Shown in pieces: positions 8,874 to 18,311 of a DNA stretch of 29,376 bases. Under the pieces are notes generated by a model, which saw only the letters and a program-made list of their open reading frames with translations, was not told the origin of the DNA and made no database searches. The stretch lies in NCBI GenBank assembly GCA_030672555.1, contig DAOVGD010000040.1, positions 1 to 29,376 on the forward strand, in the 5' to 3' direction. Position 1 is the stretch's first letter, and each line of letters opens with the position of its first letter. The position numbers were made by a program, and so were the translations under genes. The DNA is from Desulfobacterales bacterium. GTDB taxonomy: Bacteria > Desulfobacterota > Desulfobacteria > Desulfobacterales > C00003106.

Positions 8874-10052
8874 TCAACTTTCGTCCCGTGAGCGCACAAG
8901 TTGGCGAAGGCGTTCAGACAGACGATTAAAAAGACTCAAAAGCTTTATAGGCTCTTCTCTTGATGCCTTTCGCACCATAAAGATTGTCAGCGCTCCGAGA
9001 AAGATATTTGGGAACCAAATCCCCAGCGCTGGGGGATAAATACCGGAGTCATCGAAGCTCTTCCCCGCAGCAAAAAGGATATAATAAAGGAGAAAAATTC
9101 CAAGGCCGAATGATACACCCCCGGGCGAGCCGGAGATTTTCGTCTGCATCCCCAGAGGTACGGCAATCAGGCCGAGAATAATACAGGACAGAGGAAACGC
9201 AAATTTCTTGTGAAGCTCCATTAAGTAAAGATTATATTCTATGTCCTTGCTCTTGCATGATTTGAGCTTTGCAATAAGTTCTGAGATAGACATTTCGCTC
9301 TTTCTAATCCCTCTCTCTTCCCGGGTTTTCGCCAATTGCTGCAGATCGAGGGATAATTCATACGTGCTGAACCAAATAGTATCAGAACTCGTCATGTCTT
9401 GGCTGTCGTAGTGAATATTGCCTTCGATCAGTTTAAGCGCCAATCTCTTTTGCTCGGGGTCTGACACTATAACCCCCTTTTTAGCAATGATAGTATTTGA
9501 GAGACGCGGATCTCTTTTGTCCGAAATAAAAATGTCTTGTAGAAATTTTCCTGAAACATCTACTTCATTGGCATAAAGGACTATATCTTTAAAGTCGTCA
9601 TTGAAATGGCGGGGTTTTATCCCAGCGTATGCCCTTTCACTTGCCACTGAATAAACCAGCTCATTGAAGGCTCGTTTCCCTTTTGGCATGGCATAGATAG
9701 CCATATAGCTTGCGCATAGATAAGCAAATACAGAAAGAACAAAAACCGGAGGAAGGATCTGGTAAAGGCTGATGCCGGAAGCCTTGATTGCAGTCATTTC
9801 GTTATCATGAGAAAGCCTTAAAAAAGTCAAAAGCACGGCCAATAGCGTGGAAATCGGCAATGTAAATACAAAGGAATAGGGGAGGGTATATAGAATTAAA
9901 AGACCTATTGCGGATGGTGGCACCCCTTTGTTTATTATGAGATCTGTAAAGGTAAATACCTTTGTGACGAGGAGAACGAAAGTAAAGGTGATGATGCTGA
10001 CAGTAAAAAACTGAAAAAGTTCTTTTAAAATATATCGATGAAGGATGGTCAT
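8874..10052 (-). CDS. lptF: LPS export ABC transporter permease LptF
   Basis: RLSHDNEMTAIKASGISL and ELHKKFAFPLSC motifs; first of the pair, directly after msbA. Confidence 0.85.
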   Translation of the reverse strand: MTILHRYILKELFQFFTVSIITFTFVLLVTKVFTFTDLIINKGVPPSAIGLLILYTLPYSFVFTLPISTLLAVLLTFLRLSHDNEMTAIKASGISLYQILPPVFVLSVFAYLCASYMAIYAMPKGKRAFNELVYSVASERAYAGIKPRHFNDDFKDIVLYANEVDVSGKFLQDIFISDKRDPRLSNTIIAKKGVIVSDPEQKRLALKLIEGNIHYDSQDMTSSDTIWFSTYELSLDLQQLAKTREERGIRKSEMSISELIAKLKSCKSKDIEYNLYLMELHKKFAFPLSCIILGLIAVPLGMQTKISGSPGGVSFGLGIFLLYYILFAAGKSFDDSGIYPPALGIWFPNIFLGALTIFMVRKASREEPIKLLSLFNRLSERLRQLVRSRDES

Positions 10053-10183
10053 TTGTCATTTATCATTAGTCATTTGACATCTGTCATTTATCATTTAAGA
10101 ATCCCGGTTTGGAGGGCTTATATTCCAAGCGAGAATCAATGCGATTTTCAATGATAAATGATAAATGAGAGATGATCAATGAT
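10049..10183. repeat. Inverted heptamer-arm element (TCATTTG / AAATGAT)
   Basis: Seven TCATTTR-like units 10049-10097 and five AAATGAT-like units 10149-10183; contains the lptF ATG and the msbA TGA. Confidence 0.9.
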
Positions 10184-11927
10184 CATTTTTAAACTGCAAT
10201 TCGTGCAGCTTGAAATATTCGCCTTTTGCGGCAATCAGTTCTTCGTGTTTTCCTTCCTCTACAATCTTTCCGGCTACGATGACAATGATCCTGTCTGCGT
10301 TGCGGATGGTAGAAAGGCGATGCGCAATTACGAAAGTGCTGCGTCCTTTCATTAGATTTTCAAGGGCCTTTTGCACAGCAAGCTCTGACTCTGTATCGAG
10401 TGCAGACGTCGCCTCATCTAAAATTAGAATAGGGGAATTCTTTAAGAGAGCGCGGGCGATGCAGGTTCGCTGTTTTTCGCCGCCGGAAAGACGGGCTCCC
10501 ATTTCTCCAACTATTGTGTCGAAACCATTAGGAAGGGTTTTAATGAAATCATACGCATAAGCAGCCTTGGCAACCTGGATGATATCTTCCTCTGAAGCGT
10601 TCAAGTTCCCGTAGGCAATATTGTTTCGAATGGTATCGTTAAACAGAACGGTGTCTTGTGTAACCATAGCAATCTGCTTGCGCAATGAGGCGAGAGTGAT
10701 ATCCTTGATGTCCGTGCCGTCGATCATGATCGAGCCTTCGAATACATCGTAGAAGCGCGGGATCAGATTGACAAGAGATGTTTTTCCCCCGCCGCTCATT
10801 CCTACAAGAGCCAGCACCTCGCCGGCAGACACATGGAGATTGATATTTTTCAACACGAGATCGTTCTCATATTTAAACGATACATTACGAAAAGTTACAG
10901 AATGTCTTCCGAGCGGGATATCTTTGGCGTTCTCCTTTTCCCGGACTTCCGGTTTTGTGTCCATGATATCATAAATCCGTACTGCAGCAGACAGTCCCTC
11001 CTGCAGCGTATTGTTTAGTTTGCTCATCCTTTTTACCGGTTCATAGAGCATCAATACCGCAGCCATAAAGGAAAAAAAGGTTCCGGGGGTTGCATTTCCT
11101 TTGATGACATTGTATCCGCCATAAAAAACGACAAGGGCTATGCCCCCTGCCCCCAGTAGGTCCATGACGGACGGGGACAGAGCACGTATTGTAACGGCCT
11201 TTATTTCGTTACGAAACAGACGGCATGTCTTCTGAAAAAACCGCTTATTTTCATAATCTTCCCTCCCGAACACCTTTACGATTCTTGTCCCTGTGAAGGT
11301 TTCGTGCAGGAGGACGTTCATGTCGCCGATTGCTTCCTGGCACCTTGTTCTGGCACGGCGCATCCTGCGGCCGAATTTTACAATGGGGATGACTGCTATC
11401 GGAAAGATGATAATTGCCAAAAATGCAAGCTTCCAGTCACGATAGAATACCACGAAGAGGAGACATATGATGGTAAAAAAGTCTTTAAGAACACCGGTGA
11501 TGGCATCGGAAACCATCATCTTAACGAGACCGACGTCATTGGTTATCCTGGACATTAGAATGCCTGTTCTGTTCCTGGCAAAGAATGATAACGAGAGAAC
11601 CTGTATATGAGAATAAAGATCGTCTCGTATTCGTTTGATAATCTTTTGTCCCACATAATTCATCAGGTAAGCCTGACCAAAGTGGCAAGTCCCCTTAATG
11701 ATATAGATGCCAATAACAGCAAGTGGGAGCAATTTGAGCATATAGGCATCTTTGCTGATAAAGATGTCGTCTATTACGGGCTTGAATAAAAATGCAATTG
11801 CCGATGTTGTGCCTGCGACCCCAATCATACATATCATCGCAAATGCCAGACGCATCCAGTGGCCCTTTACCATGGGTAGGAGTCGTTTTAAGAGATCTAT
11901 ATCGGAAGATTTAACTTTTTTGTCCAT
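10176..11927 (-). CDS. msbA: Lipid A flippase ABC transporter MsbA
   Basis: TMD plus NBD; GMSGGGKTS, LSGGEKQR, ILDEATSALD and IAHRLST motifs; lies within the LPS operon. Confidence 0.9.
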   Translation of the reverse strand: MDKKVKSSDIDLLKRLLPMVKGHWMRLAFAMICMIGVAGTTSAIAFLFKPVIDDIFISKDAYMLKLLPLAVIGIYIIKGTCHFGQAYLMNYVGQKIIKRIRDDLYSHIQVLSLSFFARNRTGILMSRITNDVGLVKMMVSDAITGVLKDFFTIICLLFVVFYRDWKLAFLAIIIFPIAVIPIVKFGRRMRRARTRCQEAIGDMNVLLHETFTGTRIVKVFGREDYENKRFFQKTCRLFRNEIKAVTIRALSPSVMDLLGAGGIALVVFYGGYNVIKGNATPGTFFSFMAAVLMLYEPVKRMSKLNNTLQEGLSAAVRIYDIMDTKPEVREKENAKDIPLGRHSVTFRNVSFKYENDLVLKNINLHVSAGEVLALVGMSGGGKTSLVNLIPRFYDVFEGSIMIDGTDIKDITLASLRKQIAMVTQDTVLFNDTIRNNIAYGNLNASEEDIIQVAKAAYAYDFIKTLPNGFDTIVGEMGARLSGGEKQRTCIARALLKNSPILILDEATSALDTESELAVQKALENLMKGRSTFVIAHRLSTIRNADRIIVIVAGKIVEEGKHEELIAAKGEYFKLHELQFKNDH

Positions 11928-11933
11928 CTGTTA

Positions 11934-12122
11934 CTGGTTACTGGTTTCTGGTTTCTGGTTGCTGGTTTCTGACCTCTGACTTCTGACTTCTGACCTCTGA
12001 TTTCTGACTTCTGACTTCTGACCCCTGACTTCTGACCTCTGACCTCTGACCTCTGACCTCTGATTTCTGACCTCTGACTTCTGACCTCTGACTTCTGACC
12101 TCTGACCTCTGACTTCTGGTTA
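11934..12122. repeat. 27 x 7-nt tandem array (CTGACYT / CTGGTTN)
   Basis: Five CTGGTTN units 11934-11968, 21 CTGAYYY units 11969-12115 and one CTGGTTA unit 12116-12122; 189 bp in total. Confidence 0.95.
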
Positions 12123-12785
12123 CAAGATCTCATGTCCATAGTAACCGTCTACATGTTTTGTGATACGATTCAATTCTTTTTCCAGCCGGACACAAAGTTC
12201 TTTTTCCTCTTTGGGCGTATTATCTTTTGGAACAAAAATCGGGTCCCCGTAGATAAACATTCCTTTTGTAAACGGATAGGGGATTACGAACCGGTCCCAA
12301 CTGTTGAATGCCTTGATCTTTCGGGCGCTATAGCTTATTGGGATAATCGGATAACCGGTCTTCTTTCCCAGGGCAATGACACCAGGTTGTACCTTATTGC
12401 GGGGCCCCCGAGGGCCGTCTGGTATTATGCCGCCGGTACAGCCCTCCTTTTTAAGAATTCGGATCATATTTACCATGGCGCGCGCCCCCCCTCGTGAAGT
12501 GGACCCGCGCACAATACGATGTCCCTGTCGGATTAAAATTCGGGCAATGAGCTCCCCGTCTTTTGATTGGCTCGCCATAATGACCGCTCCCCACCCTTGA
12601 TAGAGATAATTGATCATAAGCATTCTAGAATGCCAGAATGCAAAAATGATCTTCTTGGATTCAACCAGTTTCTGAACCGCTTCAAATCCAATGACCTGAA
12701 TCTTTATGGTTCCAAATAGTAGTTTAATAAGGCTATTGCCTGTGAGACCTATAAGATTGTATTTTAGTTTCTCCAATTGTTCCAT
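12120..12785 (-). CDS. DUF374 lysophospholipid-acyltransferase family protein (LpxJ-like candidate)
   Basis: FWHSR, SQSKDGELI, RGSTSRGG and PDGPRGP motifs; ATG 12785 overlaps the lpxB TGA. Confidence 0.85.
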   Translation of the reverse strand: MEQLEKLKYNLIGLTGNSLIKLLFGTIKIQVIGFEAVQKLVESKKIIFAFWHSRMLMINYLYQGWGAVIMASQSKDGELIARILIRQGHRIVRGSTSRGGARAMVNMIRILKKEGCTGGIIPDGPRGPRNKVQPGVIALGKKTGYPIIPISYSARKIKAFNSWDRFVIPYPFTKGMFIYGDPIFVPKDNTPKEEKELCVRLEKELNRITKHVDGYYGHEIL

Positions 12786-13909
12786 CACGAAAGCATCCTC
12801 AGCGCCACTTTGGCAGCCATATCTGATGCGCCGGGGGAGCCCAGCTCTTTTCTGATAGCATTAAGTTGCTGTTGCATTTCAGCACGAGCTTTTTTATCTC
12901 TAAGAAGCCTTAAAGCATGGTCAGCAATATTTTCAGGAGATGCCTTTTCCTGAATCAGTTCCGGAACGATCTCTTTGCCGGCTATGAGGTTGGCCAGCCC
13001 GGCATACTTTACCCGTATCAGTTTTGTTCCCAGCCAGTAACTGAACGGAGATACTTTATATACAATGATCATCGGCGTACCAAATATAGCTCCCTCCAGA
13101 GTGGCCGTTCCGGATGCCGAGATTACAAGCGCGGCCGACTTAAGTACTTCATAAACATTACCCTGTACAATCGATAGGTCGACCCTTCTTCCCTCTACCA
13201 TTTGTTCCACATTGTACTTGGTGAGGGATGGGGCTACAGGGATGATGAATTTAACTTCTCGGACCTCTTCTGAGATTATTTCGGCTGCCTCTATCATCAC
13301 AGGGAGGAGACGTGCAACCTCCTCGTTGCGACTCCCCGGAAGAAGGCCTATGATCGGTAGCCCCTCTTTGTTTAGAGTATTGTTAGAATTATCCGGTGAT
13401 ATATTGTCTAACAGGGGATGACCTACAAAGGTTACAGATATATCATGTTCTTTATAAAAATCAGCCTCAAAAGGGAGAATGACCACCATCTCATTAACCA
13501 GCCTGCGGATTTTTTTAACGCGGCCTGTTCTCCACGCCCATACCTGCGGGCTGATATAATACATGACCGGGATGTTCAATTTTTTTGCCGCCGCAGCCAG
13601 CTTGAGATTGAAGTCGGGAAAATCGATCAGTATGAGGAGATCAGGGCGTAGCATCTTTAGATCTTTTTTCAAAAGAGAGAGCGCCTTAAGAATTTTCCCG
13701 ATTTTTGAAAAGACTTCGGAAAGACCTACTACTGAAAGCTCTTCAGAATTGACCCGGATAGTGACCCCGGCCCCTTTAAGAGCAGTGCCCCCTACCCCAA
13801 AAAAGGAGATAGCAGAATCATGTGCCTGTATTGCCTTGACCAGATTAGCTCCATGCAGGTCGCCGGAGGCCTCCCCAGCGATGATCATTATTCTTTTGCC
13901 TTTATTCAT
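12785..13909 (-). CDS. lpxB: Lipid-A-disaccharide synthase
   Basis: IAGEASGDLHG, LIDFPDFN, YISPQVWAWR, FVGHPL, LPGSR and SGTATLE motifs. Confidence 0.97.
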   Translation of the reverse strand: MNKGKRIMIIAGEASGDLHGANLVKAIQAHDSAISFFGVGGTALKGAGVTIRVNSEELSVVGLSEVFSKIGKILKALSLLKKDLKMLRPDLLILIDFPDFNLKLAAAAKKLNIPVMYYISPQVWAWRTGRVKKIRRLVNEMVVILPFEADFYKEHDISVTFVGHPLLDNISPDNSNNTLNKEGLPIIGLLPGSRNEEVARLLPVMIEAAEIISEEVREVKFIIPVAPSLTKYNVEQMVEGRRVDLSIVQGNVYEVLKSAALVISASGTATLEGAIFGTPMIIVYKVSPFSYWLGTKLIRVKYAGLANLIAGKEIVPELIQEKASPENIADHALRLLRDKKARAEMQQQLNAIRKELGSPGASDMAAKVALRMLS

Positions 13910-13913
13910 CTAA

Positions 13914-14015
13914 GCTTCGCTTTGCTTCGCAATTGGTCGAGTTGTTAAATCGTCGAGTGGTCGAGTCGGATATTGGTTGCCCACTCAACAACTCGACAAC
14001 TATACCACTCGACTA
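13914..14015. repeat. Inverted octamer-arm element (GAGTnGTY family) with terminal GCGAAGC motif
   Basis: TGGTCGAG-type units 13934-13965; CCACTCGA-type units 13981-14015 ending in the stop of the upstream gene; GCTTCGC x2 at 13914-13930. Confidence 0.85.
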
Positions 14016-14960
14016 AACCCACTTTGCTTTCTTTATTTGATCTATAACGCTCAGGGCCACTTTAAGGGCGTTTCTCCCGTCACGGCCTGAGACTGCAGGC
14101 ACTTCTCGGTTTGATACACAACGTATGAACGATCGTAATTCCGCGTCTAAGGGGTCTGCCTGTGTGAAATTCATCCGCTTTATATCCATTCCGGGGATAA
14201 GACCAGACGAATTGTTATTATACCGTTTTACCACGGTGATATCATGATTTGCATAATCCACAGATACATATGCGTCATTTTGAAAAATGCGGATCTTACG
14301 CATCGTTTTCATGGAGATACGGCTTGCTGTTATATTGGCGACGCAGTTGTTTGCAAATGTCAGTCTGGCGTTTGCTATATCTATGTTGGGAGACACCACC
14401 GATACCCCGACCGCATCGATGTCTTTGATTTCTGATTTAACAAAATTTAATATGATATCAATATCATGAATCATTAAATCGAGAACTACGTCGACATCGG
14501 TGCCCCTTTCCTGATAGGCGCTCAAGCGATGAGATTCAATGAACATCGGTTGGTTGATAACACCTTCAAGCGCTATGACCGCAGGATTAAACCGTTCTAA
14601 GTGGCCGACCTGAATAATCGGTCCCCGTGCATCAGCGATGTCGACCAAGGTGTTGGCCTCTTCCAGGGTTGTCGTTATGGGCTTTTCTATCAATACATCA
14701 ACATCATTTTCCAAAAAGTCTTTACTGATATCGAAATGATACGGTGTTTGAGTTACAACACTCACGGCATCTACCTTGCCAATAAGGTTCTTATAGTTCG
14801 TAAACGCCGCGGTATTGAATTTATGGGCAACTGACTGAGTCTTGCCTGGGTCTCTATCTACAACCCCGACCAACTCTACGTCGTCCATGCGAGCATACTT
14901 TTCAGCATGAAACTTACCAAGATATCCAACACCTACTACGCCAACCTTTATTTTTTCCAT
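14013..14960 (-). CDS. Gfo/Idh/MocA oxidoreductase, probable GnnA-type UDP-GlcNAc 3-dehydrogenase
   Basis: GVVGVGYLG, LIEKPI, QVGHLERFNPA and LDLMIHDIDI motifs; immediately upstream of lpxB. Confidence 0.8.
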   Translation of the reverse strand: MEKIKVGVVGVGYLGKFHAEKYARMDDVELVGVVDRDPGKTQSVAHKFNTAAFTNYKNLIGKVDAVSVVTQTPYHFDISKDFLENDVDVLIEKPITTTLEEANTLVDIADARGPIIQVGHLERFNPAVIALEGVINQPMFIESHRLSAYQERGTDVDVVLDLMIHDIDIILNFVKSEIKDIDAVGVSVVSPNIDIANARLTFANNCVANITASRISMKTMRKIRIFQNDAYVSVDYANHDITVVKRYNNNSSGLIPGMDIKRMNFTQADPLDAELRSFIRCVSNREVPAVSGRDGRNALKVALSVIDQIKKAKWV

Positions 14961-15111
14961 TTTTGCAATTTGCTCCTGTCTATAGATTTTAAGATAAAGT
15001 TTTTGGGGTTCATAATCATTCTATTATCACGGATAATTTAGGGATTTCGAATTAGAGGAATTCTATATCTTACGTTTCGATAGTTTTTATTGTATTCTTC
15101 GAATTAAATAC

Positions 15112-15127
15112 ACACTATATCTTGTGT
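15112..15127. promoter_or_regulatory. NrdR-box-like operator
   Basis: ACACTATATCTTGTGT matches the consensus acaCwAtATaTwGtgt at 15 of 16 positions; single copy, with no ribonucleotide reductase gene in the window. Confidence 0.35.
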
Positions 15128-15200
15128 CTGGCTCGAAATACGCGCGATAGGTAATGTGTCTCTCGTTGGATTCTTGGGTTATTACTCGCGAAACCCGGCT

Positions 15201-15264
15201 GTTAAGCCGTTGAGTTGCTGATCTACGATACGTTGCCGTTGGTCCATAAACTCAGCCACTTAAC
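15201..15264. repeat. Imperfect hairpin with two octamer-like units per arm
   Basis: GTTAAGCCGTTGAGTT 15201-15216 pairs with AACTCAGCCACTTAAC 15249-15264 at 14 of 16 positions (one G-T pair). Confidence 0.6.
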
Positions 15265-15343
15265 GGTGGGCAATGCCCACCCTACAGTATTGCAAATAAC
15301 ACTCTGAAATGGCTAATCTTTCGTAGGGTGGGCATTGCCCACC
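15265..15343. repeat. GTAG-type REP doublet (REPIN-like)
   Basis: GGTGGGCAATGCCCACCCTAC 15265-15285 and its exact reverse complement GTAGGGTGGGCATTGCCCACC 15323-15343; each has an internal palindrome and a GTAG foot. Confidence 0.85.
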
Positions 15344-15570
15344 ATTTTCGGCTATTAAATTAGATTTGACCATTTAAAACTAGCGAAACGTATGCTATAT
15401 GGTTCTAATTCCTAAATTCCTGAATCCCTCAATTCCTTTTAGTACAAAACGGTACTATTATCAGAATTACAACAAAATGAAAACAGCTATCACTGAAATC
15501 TGTGAATTGACGGGGCTAAGTTCCCTTTTTCAAGGAAAAATGTTATCTCTCTTTTAAGAAAAAAGTGTTA

Positions 15571-16806
<1,236 letters not shown>

Positions 16807-16814
16807 TAAGTTAA

Positions 16815-17075
16815 TTATTCCGAAGAAGCTTTCTTAGAATCGGTTGACTTGGAAGTGTTATCCTGCTTTTTTGAAGAAGAAGAATTGCCCGGAGATTTCC
16901 CTGCGTAATCCGTTACATACCACCCACTTCCTTTAAGATGGAATGTGGATTGAGAAATAAATTTGTGGAGTTTCCCTTTACAAGCCTTGCATATGGATAG
17001 GGGTTTGTCGGAAAATTTCTGGAATGCCTCTTCAATAGCGCCACATTTTTCGCATTCATACTCGTATATGGGCAT
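16815..17075 (-). CDS. FmdB-family zinc ribbon protein
   Basis: MPIYEYECEKCG...CKAC...FHLKGSGWYVTDY; GGAGG Shine-Dalgarno upstream. Confidence 0.9.
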   Translation of the reverse strand: MPIYEYECEKCGAIEEAFQKFSDKPLSICKACKGKLHKFISQSTFHLKGSGWYVTDYAGKSPGNSSSSKKQDNTSKSTDSKKASSE

Positions 17076-17117
17076 TTTTAAAGATCCTCCTCGAAATAAT
17101 TAATTTTATATGTTACC

Positions 17118-17145
17118 AATATAATCTCCTCTTCTTGTTTGTCAA
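17118..17145 (-). promoter_or_regulatory. Sigma70-type promoter for the FmdB-family gene
   Basis: Minus strand reads TTGACA-N16-TATATT. Confidence 0.6.
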
Positions 17146-17274
17146 GCAATTAAATCGGCATAAAGATGAAGGATCTTGACTTTTTAATGAAAGGTTACTA
17201 ATGAATATACCATAATCATGTAAAATTTTTCACTATAATTATTTTTTTATGCGTCGAATAGTAAAAGGAATGTT

Positions 17275-17574
17275 ATGCTTATATTTGCCAATTTTTTGAG
17301 CGCGGTTGCAACGGTTTTGGATATTGTTTTGACTATATTTATGTGGATCGTTATTGCCCGGGCTGTTCTGTCCTGGGTCAATCCGGATCCGTACAATCCG
17401 ATAGTCCGCTTTATTCACAACATCACCGAGCCGGTACTATATCGGGTCCGAAGGCTACTCCCTGTGAGTTTTGGTGGAATCGATATTTCACCGATTTTAG
17501 TATTTTTGGCAATAATATTTTTGCAGACATTTGTGGTGAAGAGTCTAAAGATGTTGGCAATGCGGTTACTTTGA
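17275..17574 (+). CDS. yggT: YggT family membrane protein
   Basis: LSWVNPDPYNPIVRF...TEPVL...GIDISPI. Confidence 0.92.
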   Translation: MLIFANFLSAVATVLDIVLTIFMWIVIARAVLSWVNPDPYNPIVRFIHNITEPVLYRVRRLLPVSFGGIDISPILVFLAIIFLQTFVVKSLKMLAMRLL

Positions 17575-17585
17575 GAGGTGATAAA

Positions 17586-18086
17586 ATGAAGATTACTCCT
17601 GTAGATGTTCAGCAAAAACAATTTCGTATGCGTTTTAGAGGCTTTGATGTTCATGAGGTGGACAACTTTCTGGAAGAGATAGCAGAAGCCCTGGAAGAAT
17701 TTTGTCGAGAGAACAAACTTCAAAAGGAGGAGATCCAGAGACTAAGAAGAGAAGTTCAGCAATACGAAGAACGTGAAAAGGGCTTTAAGCGCGCCATGAT
17801 GAATGCGCAAAAGGTCCTGGATGAGATGAAGGGAAACGCCGAAAAAGAAGCGGAGCTTGTAGTTTCGGAAGCTGAGATAAAGGCCGAAAAGATTCTTAAT
17901 GCTGCCCATAACCGTCTTGCCCAGATTCACGAGGATATTTCAGAACTGAAACGTCAGCGTGTACAGTTCGAAGTGCAGTTTCGTTCCCTGCTGGACTCGT
18001 ATGCAAAAGTCTTGGATGTGGATAAGGAAGATATTGAAGCCCTTGAGGCCGCTGAAGACAAGCTGAAGTTTCTGAAAAAAGGATAG
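17586..18086 (+). CDS. DivIVA domain coiled-coil protein
   Basis: MKITPVDVQQKQF...FRGFDVHEVDNFL followed by coiled coil; GAGGTG Shine-Dalgarno before ATG 17586 (the ORF track start at 17343 is an upstream extension). Confidence 0.9.
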   Translation: MKITPVDVQQKQFRMRFRGFDVHEVDNFLEEIAEALEEFCRENKLQKEEIQRLRREVQQYEEREKGFKRAMMNAQKVLDEMKGNAEKEAELVVSEAEIKAEKILNAAHNRLAQIHEDISELKRQRVQFEVQFRSLLDSYAKVLDVDKEDIEALEAAEDKLKFLKKG

Positions 18087-18089
18087 CAC

Positions 18090-18138
18090 GGATTGAGGAT
18101 TGACGATTGACGATTGAAGATTGAGGATTGAAGATTGA
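18090..18138 (+). repeat. 7 x 7-nt tandem array VGATTGA
   Basis: GGATTGA GGATTGA CGATTGA CGATTGA AGATTGA GGATTGA AGATTGA; one more AGATTGA unit follows at 18345-18351. Confidence 0.95.
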
Positions 18139-18163
18139 TGGTTTCGTAAAAAGTCTCGGTAGC

Positions 18164-18311
18164 TTGTCATTTCGAGCGACCTGCCCGCCATAGCCATGTA
18201 TGCCGGCATTGTGGTTGCCAAGCTAACTAGGCGTTGGCAGGCGGGAGCGAGAAATCTTTATCCTGTAATATGCTGAAAATATAAGATTTCTTCCCGCGGT
18301 CGAAATGACAA
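18164..18311. repeat. REP-like palindrome TGTCATTTCGA...AGAAATCT / AGATTTCT...TCGAAATGACA
   Basis: Perfect 12-bp IR at 18164-18175 / 18300-18311 and 8-bp IR at 18250-18257 / 18284-18291. Confidence 0.8.
18180..18245. mobile_element. 66-bp GC-rich hairpin insert splitting a GCGAAGC motif
   Basis: Ends CCTGCCCGCC / GGCAGGCGGG; removing the insert restores TCGAGCGAAGCGAGAAATCT, matching the length of the opposite arm. Confidence 0.6.

Larger units (their letters stand above)
15035..15436. repeat. Widely spaced octamer arms (AATTTAGG family) enclosing about 345 bp
   Basis: Degenerate left arm AATTTAGG GATTTCG AATTAGAGG AATT 15035-15062; right arm AATTCCTA AATTCCTG AATCCCTC AATTCC 15407-15436. 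Confidence 0.6.

Noticed and set aside
11897-12139. 80-aa ORF with QKSEVRGQKSEVR repeats
   Set aside because: It is the translation of the heptamer array, overlaps msbA and DUF374, and has no ribosome-binding site.
15130-15264. Structured ncRNA or a 21-codon ORF in the gnnA-like/tgt gap
   Set aside because: No known RNA family motif recognised; the hairpin is explained by repeat-family units.
17343-17585. N-terminal extension of the DivIVA ORF
   Set aside because: Overlaps yggT in another frame; the DivIVA motif and Shine-Dalgarno begin at 17586.
17940-18221. 93-aa minus-strand ORF (QSSILNLQSSIVNPQS)
   Set aside because: Translation of the nested repeats, antisense to divIVA.
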